NCBI GenBank assembly: GCA_964016885.1
Contig: OZ024743.1
Coordinates: 322,834,001 to 322,898,000 of the forward strand
Direction: 5' to 3'
Length of the DNA: 64,000 bases
Source of the DNA: Eledone cirrhosa
Lineage: Eukaryota
Shown here: piece after piece, positions 1 to 10,239 of the stretch
How positions within the stretch are numbered: position 1 is the first letter of the stretch
Layout of the letters: each line of letters starts with the position of its first letter
The notes under the pieces: model-generated
Told to the model about the DNA's origin: nothing
Database searches by the model: none
The model's input: the letters and a program-made list of their open reading frames with translations, nothing else
Position numbers and translations under genes: made by a program

Positions 1-299
1 TTTCCTTGAGCAAGATACTTTATTTCACATTGTTCCAGTTTACTGAGCTGTAGAAATAGATGATAGGGACCCCAGTCCCTATCATTCCACTGCAAAGTGG
101 TCGTGGAGGTGCCACGGCAAAGAATCACCCAGCACACACTGTATAGTGGACGTGTAGGCGCCACGGAAAAAAAAGCACCCAGCACTCACTGTAAATGAGG
201 TTGGTGTTAGGAAGGGCATCCAGCTGTAGAAATCAAGCCAGAATCAGTTCCCGTCCCACCCTTGCAAGCAGAGAAAAGCGGACGTAAAATGATGATGAT
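1..299 (+). mobile_element. SINE with RTE-LINE-derived 3' tail and (ATG)n end; 5' head lies outside the window
   Basis: Closely matches the reverse complement of 6649-6910. It ends CCCACCCTTGCAAGCAGAGAAAAGCGGACGTAAAATGATGATGAT, like the 3' end of the LINE at 870-932. Internal hairpin ATGATAGGGAC-CCCA-GTCCCTATCAT. Confidence 0.85.
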
Positions 300-894
300 A
301 TATATATATGTACACACATGGACTTGGAATTTTAAAATATCATGTCTAAAATATAAAGGTATAATGTATGAATCAAAACCCAAAGGTTGGGCAGGTCATC
401 ACAGACAAAGTCAGTACTTAATCAGAGCTGTTGACCTCTCAGATATCTTCCTGCATTCTACAGAGTGCGCCATACAGAGTGTACCAGGTGCACCAATATT
501 AGGAAGGTTGTCAAGTTTTTGTCACAACTGAAGTGTCATCATCACAGTGGTTTTTTTTTGTTTAAAATATTTAAAGATTTTATTTTGTTTTTGTATTTTG
601 TGTTTGCATGACGAGACTCCTTCCAAATATCAGTTAAGGATTGCTCTTTCAGCAAAAACAATTTCTAAACTCTATGCAATAGGTAAGTTGCTGTGTTTTC
701 TTATTCTAGAATATGATTTTGCTTTAAAACAAATGTTCAATTAAAAATTATATAACCAGTTTTATTTCCCAACTAAAACTGGAGAATGAAGTATCTTTGC
801 TTCTATGTGTGTTTGTAAATATATTTGTTTGTTGGTTGAATTTTCTTTTGAACAGCATGAATTGGAATTAATCATCATCATCATCATCTTCATT

Positions 895-2893
895 TTAAGT
901 CCGCTTTTCCCTGCTTGCAAGGGTGGGATGGGTCCTGTTCAGCACAGCATCTCTCCACTTGTCATGGTCCTTCGTCATCTCCACCGTGAGCTTCAGCGAT
1001 CTGAAGTCTGCTCTCACCACCTCCCCCCATGTTTTTCGTGGTCTACTTCTACCACGTCTTCCTTCAACTGGCATTTCCTGGCACTTCTTCACCCGTCGGT
1101 CATCCTCCATGCGCATCACATGTCCATACCACCTCAGTCTCCTCTCCCGCGCACTACATTCTATCTCTCTCAGACACAGTTTCTCTCTCAACACATTCAT
1201 GCTGGGTTGTTCACGCACATTGACATTGCACATCCAACGGAGCATGCTTGCCTCATTTTTCTCCAGCCGTTGCATATCCACTGCAGTTTCTGCCCATGTC
1301 TCACTACTATGCAGCATCACGCTCCTCACACAGGCAACATATATCCAGCCTTTCATACACAGGGAGAAACCCTTCTTCATCAGCAGAGGAAGCAGTTCCC
1401 TAAACTTCTTCCAACCCGTCCTTATTCTAGATACTATGGCCCCGGAACCCCCTCCTCCCATGCTAATCTGATCTCCTAGGTACCAGAAGCTATCCACCAC
1501 TTCTATAGCACCTGCCTGCATTTAAAAAATGTGTCTATCAATGCGACTTCTACTGTCTAATTTCCCTGTACATCTACTGCATACATATTTCTCCCTACCT
1601 GGTAGTTTGCCTGCTATCCCACTACATCTCTTGTGTACCCAAGATCTGCATTGTGTGCATTTTATAGAATTTATGCCAGTTCCTTTTCTGCATATCGAAC
1701 ATGGCCATTTCCCTGACAGAATCAGAGTTTTAGCCTCTTTTCTACTCATCAACACTTTTGTCTTAGCTAGGTTCACTCTCAGTCCTCTTGATTCCAACTG
1801 CTGTTTCCATAGCCAGAATTTATTCTCTAGCTCATCTACTGATTCTGCTATAAGAACCAGATCGTCAGCATAGAGAAGTTCCCATGGGCAGCCAGTCTTT
1901 AACTCATCTGTTATGGCTTGGAGGACTATAATGAACAAGAGCGGGCTGAGGACCGAACCTTGATGTACTCCTACTTGTATCTGGAATTCCTTACTAAACT
2001 CCATTTCTACCCTGACTTTACTGACAGCACCTCTGTACAAAGTTTGCACTGTCCTCACAAGCCATTCCTCAACACCTAGTTTCCTTATGGACCACCAGAT
2101 GACAGATCGGGGTACCCTATCCAAGGCCTTCTCTAGGTCAACAAAAGCTAAGTATAGTGGCTTATTCTTCTCTAAGAACCTCCCTTGTAATTGTCTCCTA
2201 GAAGACGGCATCTGTTGTACTTTTCCCAGGCACAAAACCAAACTGCATCTCATCTAGTTTGACCCTTTCTCTAATTAGTTGTGCTAATATCCTTTCTGCC
2301 ACTTCCATAACCTGATCCATCAGTTTTATACCCCTATAATTGCTTCTCTTCAGAGCATCCCCTTTACCTTTGTAACAATTTATGAGAATACTGCTGCACC
2401 AGTCTTTGGGTATGACACCACCATATATAGCCCGATTGATGATGTGTGCAACCAGTTTAGTGCCTACGTCCCCTGATGCCTTCAGCATCTCAGCAACTAT
2501 CCCCGACGGTCCAGCAGCCTTACCACTTTTCATTTCCTTAATCGCCTCTTGGACCCTATATTTGTCAATCTCAATAGCTGCTCCCTCTGTCGGATCTACT
2601 GAGGGTAATTTCTCTCTCTCCCATTCATTCTCCACATTCATCAATCTCTCATAATGACATTTCCAGGCCTCCTTTTTCTCATCATTTGTGACACTAAGTA
2701 CACCGGCATCATTCCGGACACATTTATCTCCAACAATATCCTAATTTGCATTGACACACTGACTTGCAATGTGGAACACCGCACGTCTCTGATCTTCCTG
2801 TCGCAAACCTCCTACTCTCAGCCTCCCTGCGTGCTAAATACACCTGATCTCTAGCTTCTCTCTTAGTGGCTGTATATCCTTCCCTACTTCCCT
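895..2893 (-). pseudogene. Disrupted reverse transcriptase ORF with embedded PHD finger
   Basis: Frameshift near 2200 (TTDAVF / RQLQ), in-frame TAA at 1522-1524, and a further stop and indel upstream of 2644. Confidence 0.9.
1570..1701 (-). other. PHD-type zinc finger (C4-H-C3) coding segment inside the LINE ORF
   Basis: CSIC-x10-CTQC-RSWV-H-KR-C-x14-CSRC has the PHD ligand order, including the W-x-H-x2-C signature. Confidence 0.8.
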
Positions 2894-3449
2894 ACAATGT
2901 ATAGTTTTAAAAAATTATTAGTTTGTATAGTGCACTGGTATAATTTATCTTTATCTATATCAAAGTATCTCGACGGGGGGCATATGCACCCCTGTGCGGC
3001 GTTTCGGAACTCCATGGGGGGGGGGGCGTGTGGGAGCAAGGTCGCGTTAGGGGGGCGTTTGGACCTTGAGGGGGGGGGGGGGATAGGGGGCGCTGGAAGA
3101 CTCTTTATATTGGTAAGTTTTATAAGCCATATTGTATGTCTTTGAGACAGCCAGTGGGAATGTATTTGAATGAGCTTGCAGACAGCATAACTATAGTCTG
3201 ACCGCAGCTGTAAGCAGGTGTGCAGGCGTGTCTAGAAATTAACCAGTAATTGAGATCCTAAAATGAAAAAACTCAGTCAACTGGGTCAAGGACACTTCGA
3301 GTGCAGCCAGTTAGAATCTTATCTTTCCTTCACCGATAACAATGTATTTCATGTCTGAAATTATTGACTCAACTGTAACGAGTTAACACTATGTAGATCT
3401 ATTTTATTCCCTATTGTATAAATAATATTACAAATAAAAAAAATAAAAA

Positions 3450-3857
3450 AACACAGAAGCGGGTAGCACACACATCAAGGACCACATACAACACATAAGC
3501 AGGTAATACATGCATCTAAGACCACATACAGCACATAAGCAGGTAATACACACATCTAGGACCACATGCAACACATAAGGAGGTAGCACACATACATCTA
3601 GGACCACATAAAACACACAGGCAGGTAATACATACATCTAGGACCACATACAACACATAAGCAGGTAATACAAACATCTAGGACCACATACAACACAATC
3701 AGGTAATACAAACATCTAGGACCACATACAACACATAAGGAAGTAATACATACAGCTGGGACCACATGCAATACATAAGCAGATAATACATACATCTAGG
3801 ACTACATACAACACACAGGCAGGTAATACATACATCTAGGACCACATACAATACACA
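3450..3857. repeat. 40-bp minisatellite, ~10 copies, inside the hAT element
   Basis: Unit CTAGGACCACATACAACACATAAGCAGGTAATACATACAT; GGACCACA-like anchors at 3479, 3519, 3559, 3601, 3641, 3681, 3719, 3759, 3799 and 3839. Confidence 0.95.
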
Positions 3858-4915
3858 TTGTATCATGTGCTACGGACGACGCAAGAACAATGGTCAGCCA
3901 ACATAAGGGCTTTGTCACTCTTCTGAAGAGAGAAAAATCTATCTGTATTTGCTGTTCATTGTGTCATTCATCGACTTAGCTGCGAAGAAATTCAGCAAGC
4001 CTCTGAGCAAGTCCTTGCAGGTGGCCATTGATGTCATCAATTTTATCAAACGGCATTCCCTCAATGAACGAATTTTCCAGCAACTGTGCCAAGATAATGA
4101 CAAAGAATTCGTCAAGTTGCTCCTTCATACTGAAGTGAGGTGGCTTTCAAAGGGCAAGTGCTTTACTCACTTCTTTGAACTTCGACTCTATCATTGAGTT
4201 TCTGCGAGGACGCAACACAGAACTGTACAAGAAAACCCTCGATGTAAGGCAAGACTCCGCCTACCTCACCAACATCTTCGACAAATGCAATAGCGTCATT
4301 TTGGCTTTGCAGGGGAAGAAGATCACCTTGCTTAAAGCAAGGAATGCTGTGAAAACATTCCTGGCCAAATTGAATGTCATCGAAAGGAATCTTTGGTGAC
4401 GGGAATTCTATAATTTTCCTAGTGTTGCCAATGTTCAAAACATTGTAAGCGATGACCAACTCCAAATTTATACCACTCACCTCCGTGCGCTACAAGACAA
4501 CATGAGAGAACAGTTTGTCGACCGTTTGCCGATGGACATCCCAATGTAGGTAGCAGATGCTTTCATAGCTAACGTCGATGATTTGGACGTTATATTTCAG
4601 GAAGAATTCATTGAACTTCAAGCAGATGACATGATCAAAATTAGATTTCCCAAAATAGGTGAACCCCTTTTTGGGATGCAAGAGGAAATTCAGCGTTGAT
4701 TTCCACACCTACATGCAGACGCTAAGAGATTTGCTCTGCCTTTTCCAAGCTCATACTTAGTTGAGAGGAGGTTTGGTGTTGTTTCCAGACTGCACAGTAA
4801 GGCTCGCAACTGCTACAATGTAATTACACGTGGAGATCTCTGGCTACATCTTAGGAAAATTCAGCCTCACATCAAAGAGTTATCTAGACTCCATGAAGCT
4901 CAAAGGTCCCATTGA
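3857..4915 (+). pseudogene. hAT transposase remnant (ZBED5/SCAND3/Buster-like), C-terminal part
   Basis: Across frameshifts: CATDDARTM, HCVIHR, LLLHTEVRWLSKGK, AYLTNIFDK..LQGK and LPFPSSYLVERRF...RGDLWL..IQPHIKEL...SH-stop (TGA at 4913-4915). Confidence 0.88.
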
Positions 4916-5636
4916 AATGAGTCAAAGTTAAAGTAAGTTGATTTATCCGAAAACTTAGATATGCTATTGTTACAAAGCAAACTAACAATTTTTTTATTTG
5001 TAATTGCAGTCTGACTGGACTGGAAACCATCTACTACAATTCAATTACTCCTTTGTTGTATATATTTTACCATTTATTAATAAATATACCCTCCCGCGTG
5101 ATTATGAAAACCATCTTCCGTGGTCTTTAAGCTCACAAAGCAGGGGGATATCAACATTTATTCTGTCCGTTTCATTAAAGGGAAAATTGGAAAGCTTTGA
5201 AATGATATAATTGCCACTTTCTTCCAGATAAGAGCACTCTTGGGATAGACAGAGTTGCTCTTGTATAAATGTTCAAAATAGCTGGTATCGCCTGGTGGGA
5301 ATATAACAAATTCCTTATTCATAAAAAAGAACATTTATGTTCCTTTTTTTGAAATTTATATATTTCCTTTCAAGCTGCCTGAATATTAATCAATTTTGTA
5401 GTAATCTACTGATATCAAAATCAGTAGTATATTGAAAAATGGAAAAATAGGGGGGGGGGTCATGATTTCAAGGGACAAAAGGGGGCGTTTGGCCTAAATG
5501 GGTTGAGAACCTGTGATCTATATAGTTGGCATTTAGAGAAAAATTATTGGAGTTCCTACAATTGCAAATATTGGTTGTTAGATTAGTTGTGAGTTGGTTT
5601 AATTTAGATAGGATATCCCTGGAACAAACATTCAGA

Positions 5637-5698
5637 GAGATACTACTCAAATGTCCAATGCTTGTGAAAGATACTACTCAAATGTCCAATGCTTATGA
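5637..5698. repeat. Tandem duplication of ~30 bp
   Basis: AGATACTACTCAAATGTCCAATGCTT(G/A)TGA occurs twice in tandem. Confidence 0.9.
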
Positions 5699-5705
5699 CT
5701 AGCAA

Positions 5706-5766
5706 ATCATCATCATCATCATTATCGTTTAATATCTATCTTCCACGCTAGCATGGGTTAGACAGG
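5706..5766 (-). mobile_element. Short RTE-type 3' tail fragment with (ATG)n
   Basis: (CAT)n followed by CGTTTAATATCTATCTTCCACGCTAGCATGGGTT, similar to 7451-7512. Confidence 0.55.
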
Positions 5767-6071
5767 TGAAAGAAGATGTTAAACCAGATGGTGATGATGG
5801 GGTCAAATGAGGTAAGGTCTATGCAAAATTCTCTGTAGTATAAAGAGATATCAGACCTGTCAACTCTCCCTATTCGACGGGGAGATTTGTAATAGCCTTT
5901 GGGGTAGGTAAGAGATGTTTTCTCTTGTGAAAATGGGTATAGCTTTCATTAGGTAAAACGGTAATGGGCTCCGCCAGGTTTTAAAATGCCCTAGAAATGC
6001 CATATGTCAATACAGCGTCCCTGTATTCCTCAGGAATTACAGGAAATCCATACAGACAATGAATGGTATAT

Positions 6072-6306
6072 TCTACCCTTTAATGACAGCATTTCTAATG
6101 ATATGAATCCTATTTTAATTAATTAATGAAGGATTTTCAGGGATTTACTGAAGATTTACTGAAAGTATTAATTATTTCATTACTAAGATAATAACTTAAT
6201 GTAAAGTTCTTTTATAGAATTATGTTGGAAGATTTTAATTTAAATTGGAAACCTTGATCATGGGTGGCTTTATATAATAGAGCTATATTGGTAACAAAAG
6301 AGTTAA
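6072..6306. mobile_element. Possible degenerate MITE with TTAA-CCC-like (piggyBac-style) ends
   Basis: Left TCTACCCTTTAATGAC versus right-end reverse complement TTAACTCTTTTGTTAC (10/16); AT-rich interior. Confidence 0.3.
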
Positions 6307-6648
6307 GTAGAAAGACATTCCAGAAAGATGAAACATATGTTGAGTAAAAAGACTGCAAAATAAGAAAAGTTATGACAATAATGAAAGTAACTGTTATTCG
6401 TCACCATAAGTATATGAAAGAAAGAGTTGGCTACTTCCTTGACTTGAATTTAAAACATGGATTTTGTTTAGATGCTAGAGGATTAGTTTGACAAAAGGTT
6501 GTCTCAACCATTAACTAAGTCTAATATAGATGTATTTGTGGTATATCAAGAAATTTTTTTATATAAGTTGCTTCTGAAAATCACCAAACATTTAGATTCC
6601 TTAAGACTGTTGAATTCCTTAATTTTATTGTTTAGTGTGGAGATGAAA

Positions 6649-6989
6649 ATCATCATCATCATCATCATCATTTTTACGTCCGCTTTTCCCTGCTTGCAAG
6701 AGTGGGACGGGAACTGATTCTGGCTTGATTTCTACAGCTGAATGCCCTTCCTAACACCAACCTCATTTACAGTGAGTGCTGGGTGCTTTTTTGCCGTGGC
6801 ACCTTCACAACCACTTTGCAGTGAAATGATAGGGACCCGAGTCCCTATCATCTCATTTCTACAGCTGAGTAAACTGGAGCAATGTGAAATAAAGTGTTTT
6901 GCTCAAGGAAACAACACATCACTCGGTCTGAGAATTGAACTCACAACCTTTCGGTTGCAAGGCCAATGCTCTAACCACTAAGCCATGTG
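6649..6989 (-). mobile_element. Full-length tRNA-derived SINE with RTE-derived tail
   Basis: Minus strand: A box TGGCTTAGTGG (6975-6985), B box GAGTTCAATTC (6932-6942), body matching 1-299, and tail CTTGCAAGCAGGGAAAAGCGGACGTAAAAATGATGATG. Confidence 0.9.
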
Positions 6990-7299
6990 TTTTTCAAAAT
7001 TTCTAACTATTAAGATAATGCTCACTACTGCAACTTTTATTGTTAACTGTGAACAATCTTTCAACAAATTAAAATTGATCATATCATATTTAAGAACTCA
7101 GTGGGAAAAAAAAATTATCTGCTTTAGCCATAATCAGCATAAACGTGACAAAACTGAAAGTAGGAATTTTTAATGACATTTTTATGTTTTTGCATTGTCA
7201 ACAGCAATAAAATTAGTTTTAAAATTATGTTCAAAATTATCCACAAACTAACCCAAAACATGTGACTGTCTGGGAGGTCAGTAAATTTGTTTCCGTACC

Positions 7300-7374
7300 G
7301 ACCTTGTCTGTGAAGACCTATCCAACCCTTGTTAGCCAGGAAAGCAGACATTAAATGATGATGATGATGATGAT
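7300..7374 (+). mobile_element. RTE-type 3' tail fragment with (ATG)n
   Basis: TCCAACCCTTGTTAGCCAGGAAAGCAGACATTAAATGATGATG resembles the LINE/SINE tail. Confidence 0.55.
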
Positions 7375-7448
7375 TTCATTTCAATAACTGTTTATTGTTT
7401 TACTTGTAAATGTGTTATTAATGATATTATGTATATTTGATGTTTTAT

Positions 7449-7740
7449 ATCATCATCATCATCATCATCATCAACGTTTAACGTCCGTGTTCCACGCTTG
7501 CATGGGTTTGGACGGGGGTAGTCCCACTTGAGGCAAGAGTGATTGTCTTGCTCGCATAGGACTGTCTGGCAGGTTTTCTACAGTTGGATGCCCTTCCTAA
7601 CACCAACCACATTTACAGTGTGGGTCTGGGAGGTTTTTACCGTGTTGCCTACACGGCCACATTACAGCGTGGACTGTGTGTTTTTTTGTTGTGACACCTA
7701 CACGATCTCATTTGTTTCGGCCTCGATGGCGCGGCACCAA
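7449..7740 (-). mobile_element. Related (ATG)n-tailed SINE, different subfamily, partial
   Basis: Shares TTTCTACAG-TGGATGCCCTTCCTAACACCAACC-CATTTACAGTG with 6729-6774, and has a (CAT)n tail. Confidence 0.75.
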
Positions 7741-8659
7741 CATAACTTTACATAGAACGGGGTGGTGTGGATCGGGTGGGGGTGGTGGTGGTGGGACGGG
7801 GTGTATTTTGTTAGAGATGCCTACTGGCTGGAGTAGGTTTTACTATATATTTAGGTATGTATCATATTCAACTGTTTTTTGCATTTGTAATAAAATATAC
7901 TTCTTAGAAATATATTAGAATTATTATTTTGAATACCAAGTTTAAGTATCATAAAATAGAAAATTGATCTTGACATAGTTAGGAGTACAATGAGTTTAGG
8001 AATGACTGCAGATCTAGATATAATCCACAGTAATGTGAGGAACCGGAAAATACAAATTTTTGATGCAGTTTTATTTTATTAGAATTATTATTTTGAGTAG
8101 GAATTAGAGCTGTATTGAACACTGGTTTCATACACATCCTTTATTGATTTGTTGTAGGTGAGATGAACCCAAGTTACATCCCAACACCAACAACATCATT
8201 AAACCTCGGTACCATTCTCACCACTATCTCTACTAACAACAATAACAACATGAGCCAATAAAGGAGCTTCTACTAGTGACAGTTTTGAATATGATCAATA
8301 CAAATAAGAAATTTAAAGTCAAAATATCCATCAACTCTTAAAGCAACAGTTAGATTTTGACCATCAATCTTACTTTGTACAAGTTACACTATGATATAAA
8401 AACATTGATGAAGTGGCTTCACCCTCTTTCTGTTCAGTGAGTCACTCAATCTGTTAGAAATAGCAGCCAAATCTCTGTCAAATTATTTCCAATCACATCA
8501 TACCATGATAAAAAAAATAGAAAAACAAGAACATTGGACATTGTAGTTCTACCTAAATAATAAGGCAGGATGGTTATAGGTGGAATACCTTTGAGCATAG
8601 GTTCATTTGATCATGGTTGACTTGAAGCTAACTATCTACATAAGCAATAAGAGTAATAC

Positions 8660-8895
8660 CTTCTTCTTTGCCCACAGATACCTGAGAGGGTCGTGAGAGC
8701 AGAGTCCTAAAAAAATTCCTTCCAATGGGTTCTGTCAGAAGTAACTGTCTCCAACTGATTTGGCTGGATCCCCAAGTGAGACCAGCTGAGCTCATAGATC
8801 TTATTCAACCATTTTACTCAGGGTCTACCCATGGGTCTCCTGCTGGTTGGTTTTGCCTGTAAAATCTGTCCAGCAATTTTTTCCTGAGACATACA
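8660..8895 (-). mobile_element. 3' fragment of a second, older RTE-like LINE
   Basis: Minus-strand translation MSQEKIAGQILQAKPTSRRPMGRP*VKWLNKI...DRTHWK matches the RTE C-terminal R-x-x-GRP-x-x-x-W ... DR-x-x-W pattern. Confidence 0.65.
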
Positions 8896-9236
8896 AGCAG
8901 CTGAAATGGGGTTCCTCTGAAGGGTCTTTGGAGTAATGTTAGTCAATATAGTGCATAGCTCAGAGATCAGAGAATTGCTGCAGATAGTGCCATTACTTCT
9001 CCAAATTGAGAGACCACATCTCTAATATTACGGGCAAGAGTAATACCATGAACATCATTTTTTTCTGCCCAATTCATTTATCTCTATCACATAATTACAT
9101 CAAATTATAATCCATAAATAGACAAAGCAGAGAATGGGACAGCCATTGCTAGTGGTCAATGACAATGGCCAAATTTTCAGCAGGCTATCAAGAACGCTAT
9201 ATAGTTCTTACAACTGAAACAACAACAACAAAAAAA

Positions 9237-9447
9237 ATAATGATAATTGTGGAATCTAATTTAGGTGCAAAGTCAACATTTTATGAGGCAGGAGATTAAG
9301 TCAATTACATGACCCAGCGATTGACTGACTCATACTTTATTTTATCAACTCCAGAAAAATTGAACAACAAACTTGACCTCAACAAGATTTGAACTCAGAA
9401 TGTAAAGAGCCAAAATAAATACTGCAAAGTATTTTGTCTGATGCTCT
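9237..9447 (-). mobile_element. Degenerate (AAT)n-tailed SINE
   Basis: GATTTGAACTCAGAA (B box on the minus strand) and TACTTTATTTTATC, shared with the downstream copies. Confidence 0.65.
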
Positions 9448-9489
9448 AATGATGACAACTCCAATGATGATAATGACAATAATAATAAT

Positions 9490-9717
9490 AATACATATAA
9501 AAATGAGAAAACTCATCACTATAACAACTGTTAAAACAACTAAATGTTGCCAAAGACAGCAATAGGCAAAAATGCCTCAGAGAACAGAGAGTCACTCTGT
9601 CAACCACTAGCTGCTGGTTTCTGTCTGCTGAGGCATTTTTGCCCATCACTGTCTTTGACAATATTTAGCTGTTTTAATGGTTGTTCTAGCGATGAGTTTC
9701 TCATTTTTATATGTATT
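9490..9717. repeat. Foldback / MITE-like inverted repeat, ~100-bp arms and ~25-bp loop
   Basis: The left arm AATACATATAAAAATGAGAAAACTCATC...GGCAAAAATGCCTCAG pairs with CTGAGGCATTTTTGCC...GATGAGTTTCTCATTTTTATATGTATT. Confidence 0.9.
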
Positions 9718-9768
9718 CAAATATGTTCTCGCTTCGTCTCATTTAGAGACAATATTGTTTTTTCATTT

Positions 9769-9971
9769 AATAATAATAATTGTTTCTACTTTAGGCACAA
9801 GGCCAGCAATTACCCAGTACAGTACATTACTGGTACTTTATTTTCTCGACCCCGTAAGGGTGAAAGGCAAAGTTAACCTCGACGGGATTTGAACTCAGAC
9901 TGTAAAGGGACGTAACTATGCTAGAAAGCATGGCATCCAATCCTCTACCGATACTGCCAATTCACCGCCCT
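9769..9971 (-). mobile_element. (AAT)n-tailed tRNA-derived SINE
   Basis: Minus strand reads GGCGGTGAATTGGCAG ... GAGTTCAAATCCC ... GCCTTTCACCCTTACGGGGTCGAGAAAATAAAGTACCAG. The central block resembles the Nin/Deu conserved SINE domain (recalled, not searched). Confidence 0.8.
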
Positions 9972-9972
9972 T

Positions 9973-10193
9973 TAATAATAATAATGGTTTCTGATTTAGG
10001 CACAAGGCCAACAATTTGGTGGGAGGGAGAAAGTCAATGAAATTGACCTTAGTGGATTACTGGTACTTTATTTTATCCTCCCCATAAGGATGAAAGGCAA
10101 AGTTAACCTCAGAGGGATTTGAACTCAGAACATAAAGGGCCGTAACTCTATGCCACTAAGCAGTATCTACTGATACTGCCAATTCACCACCCT
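9973..10193 (-). mobile_element. (AAT)n-tailed SINE, tandem copy
   Basis: Same blocks as 9769-9971 (TTAGGCACAAGGCCA, GAAAGGCAAAGTTAACCTC, GGGATTTGAACTCAG, GCCAATTCACC). Confidence 0.8.
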
Positions 10194-10239
10194 AATAATG
10201 ATAATAATATTAGTAATAATAATAATATAGTAAAAAAAC

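Larger units (their letters stand above)
870..2893 (-). mobile_element. 5'-truncated, inactivated RTE-clade non-LTR retrotransposon (LINE)
   Basis: Minus-strand ORF pieces give KAAGPSGI, NYRGIKL, QFGFVPGKSTTDA, AFVDLEKALDRV, GVHQGSVLSPLLF, YADD (1861-1872), FWYLG, RRLRWYGHVMRM and RGRSRPRKTW. The (ATG)n tail follows the stop directly. No APE endonuclease portion remains. Confidence 0.93.
2961..5515 (+). mobile_element. hAT DNA transposon, Buster/Charlie type, defective, both ends present
   Basis: Perfect 8-bp TSD ATCTATAT at 2953-2960 and 5516-5523 with central TA. Imperfect TIRs CAAAGTATCTCGAC / CACAGGTTCTCAAC (10/14). Subterminal GGGGGCGTTTGG near both ends. Internal transposase remnant. 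Confidence 0.9.

Noticed and set aside
805-2854. Plus-strand ORFs of up to 224 aa overlapping the LINE
   Set aside because: Antisense shadows of the RT coding sequence with no recognisable domain.
850-2910. Target-site duplication around the RTE LINE
   Set aside because: No matching direct repeat was found between the flank at ~850-869 and the flank after ~2893.
3428-3795. Cys/Val-rich minus-strand ORFs
   Set aside because: Translations of the 40-bp minisatellite.
6920-6989. tRNA gene
   Set aside because: A and B boxes are present, but the sequence continues into a SINE body and tail and lacks a convincing acceptor stem; it is a SINE head.
9446-9876. Two similar ORFs on opposite strands (…GKNAS…)
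   Set aside because: A by-product of the inverted repeat, not a gene pair.
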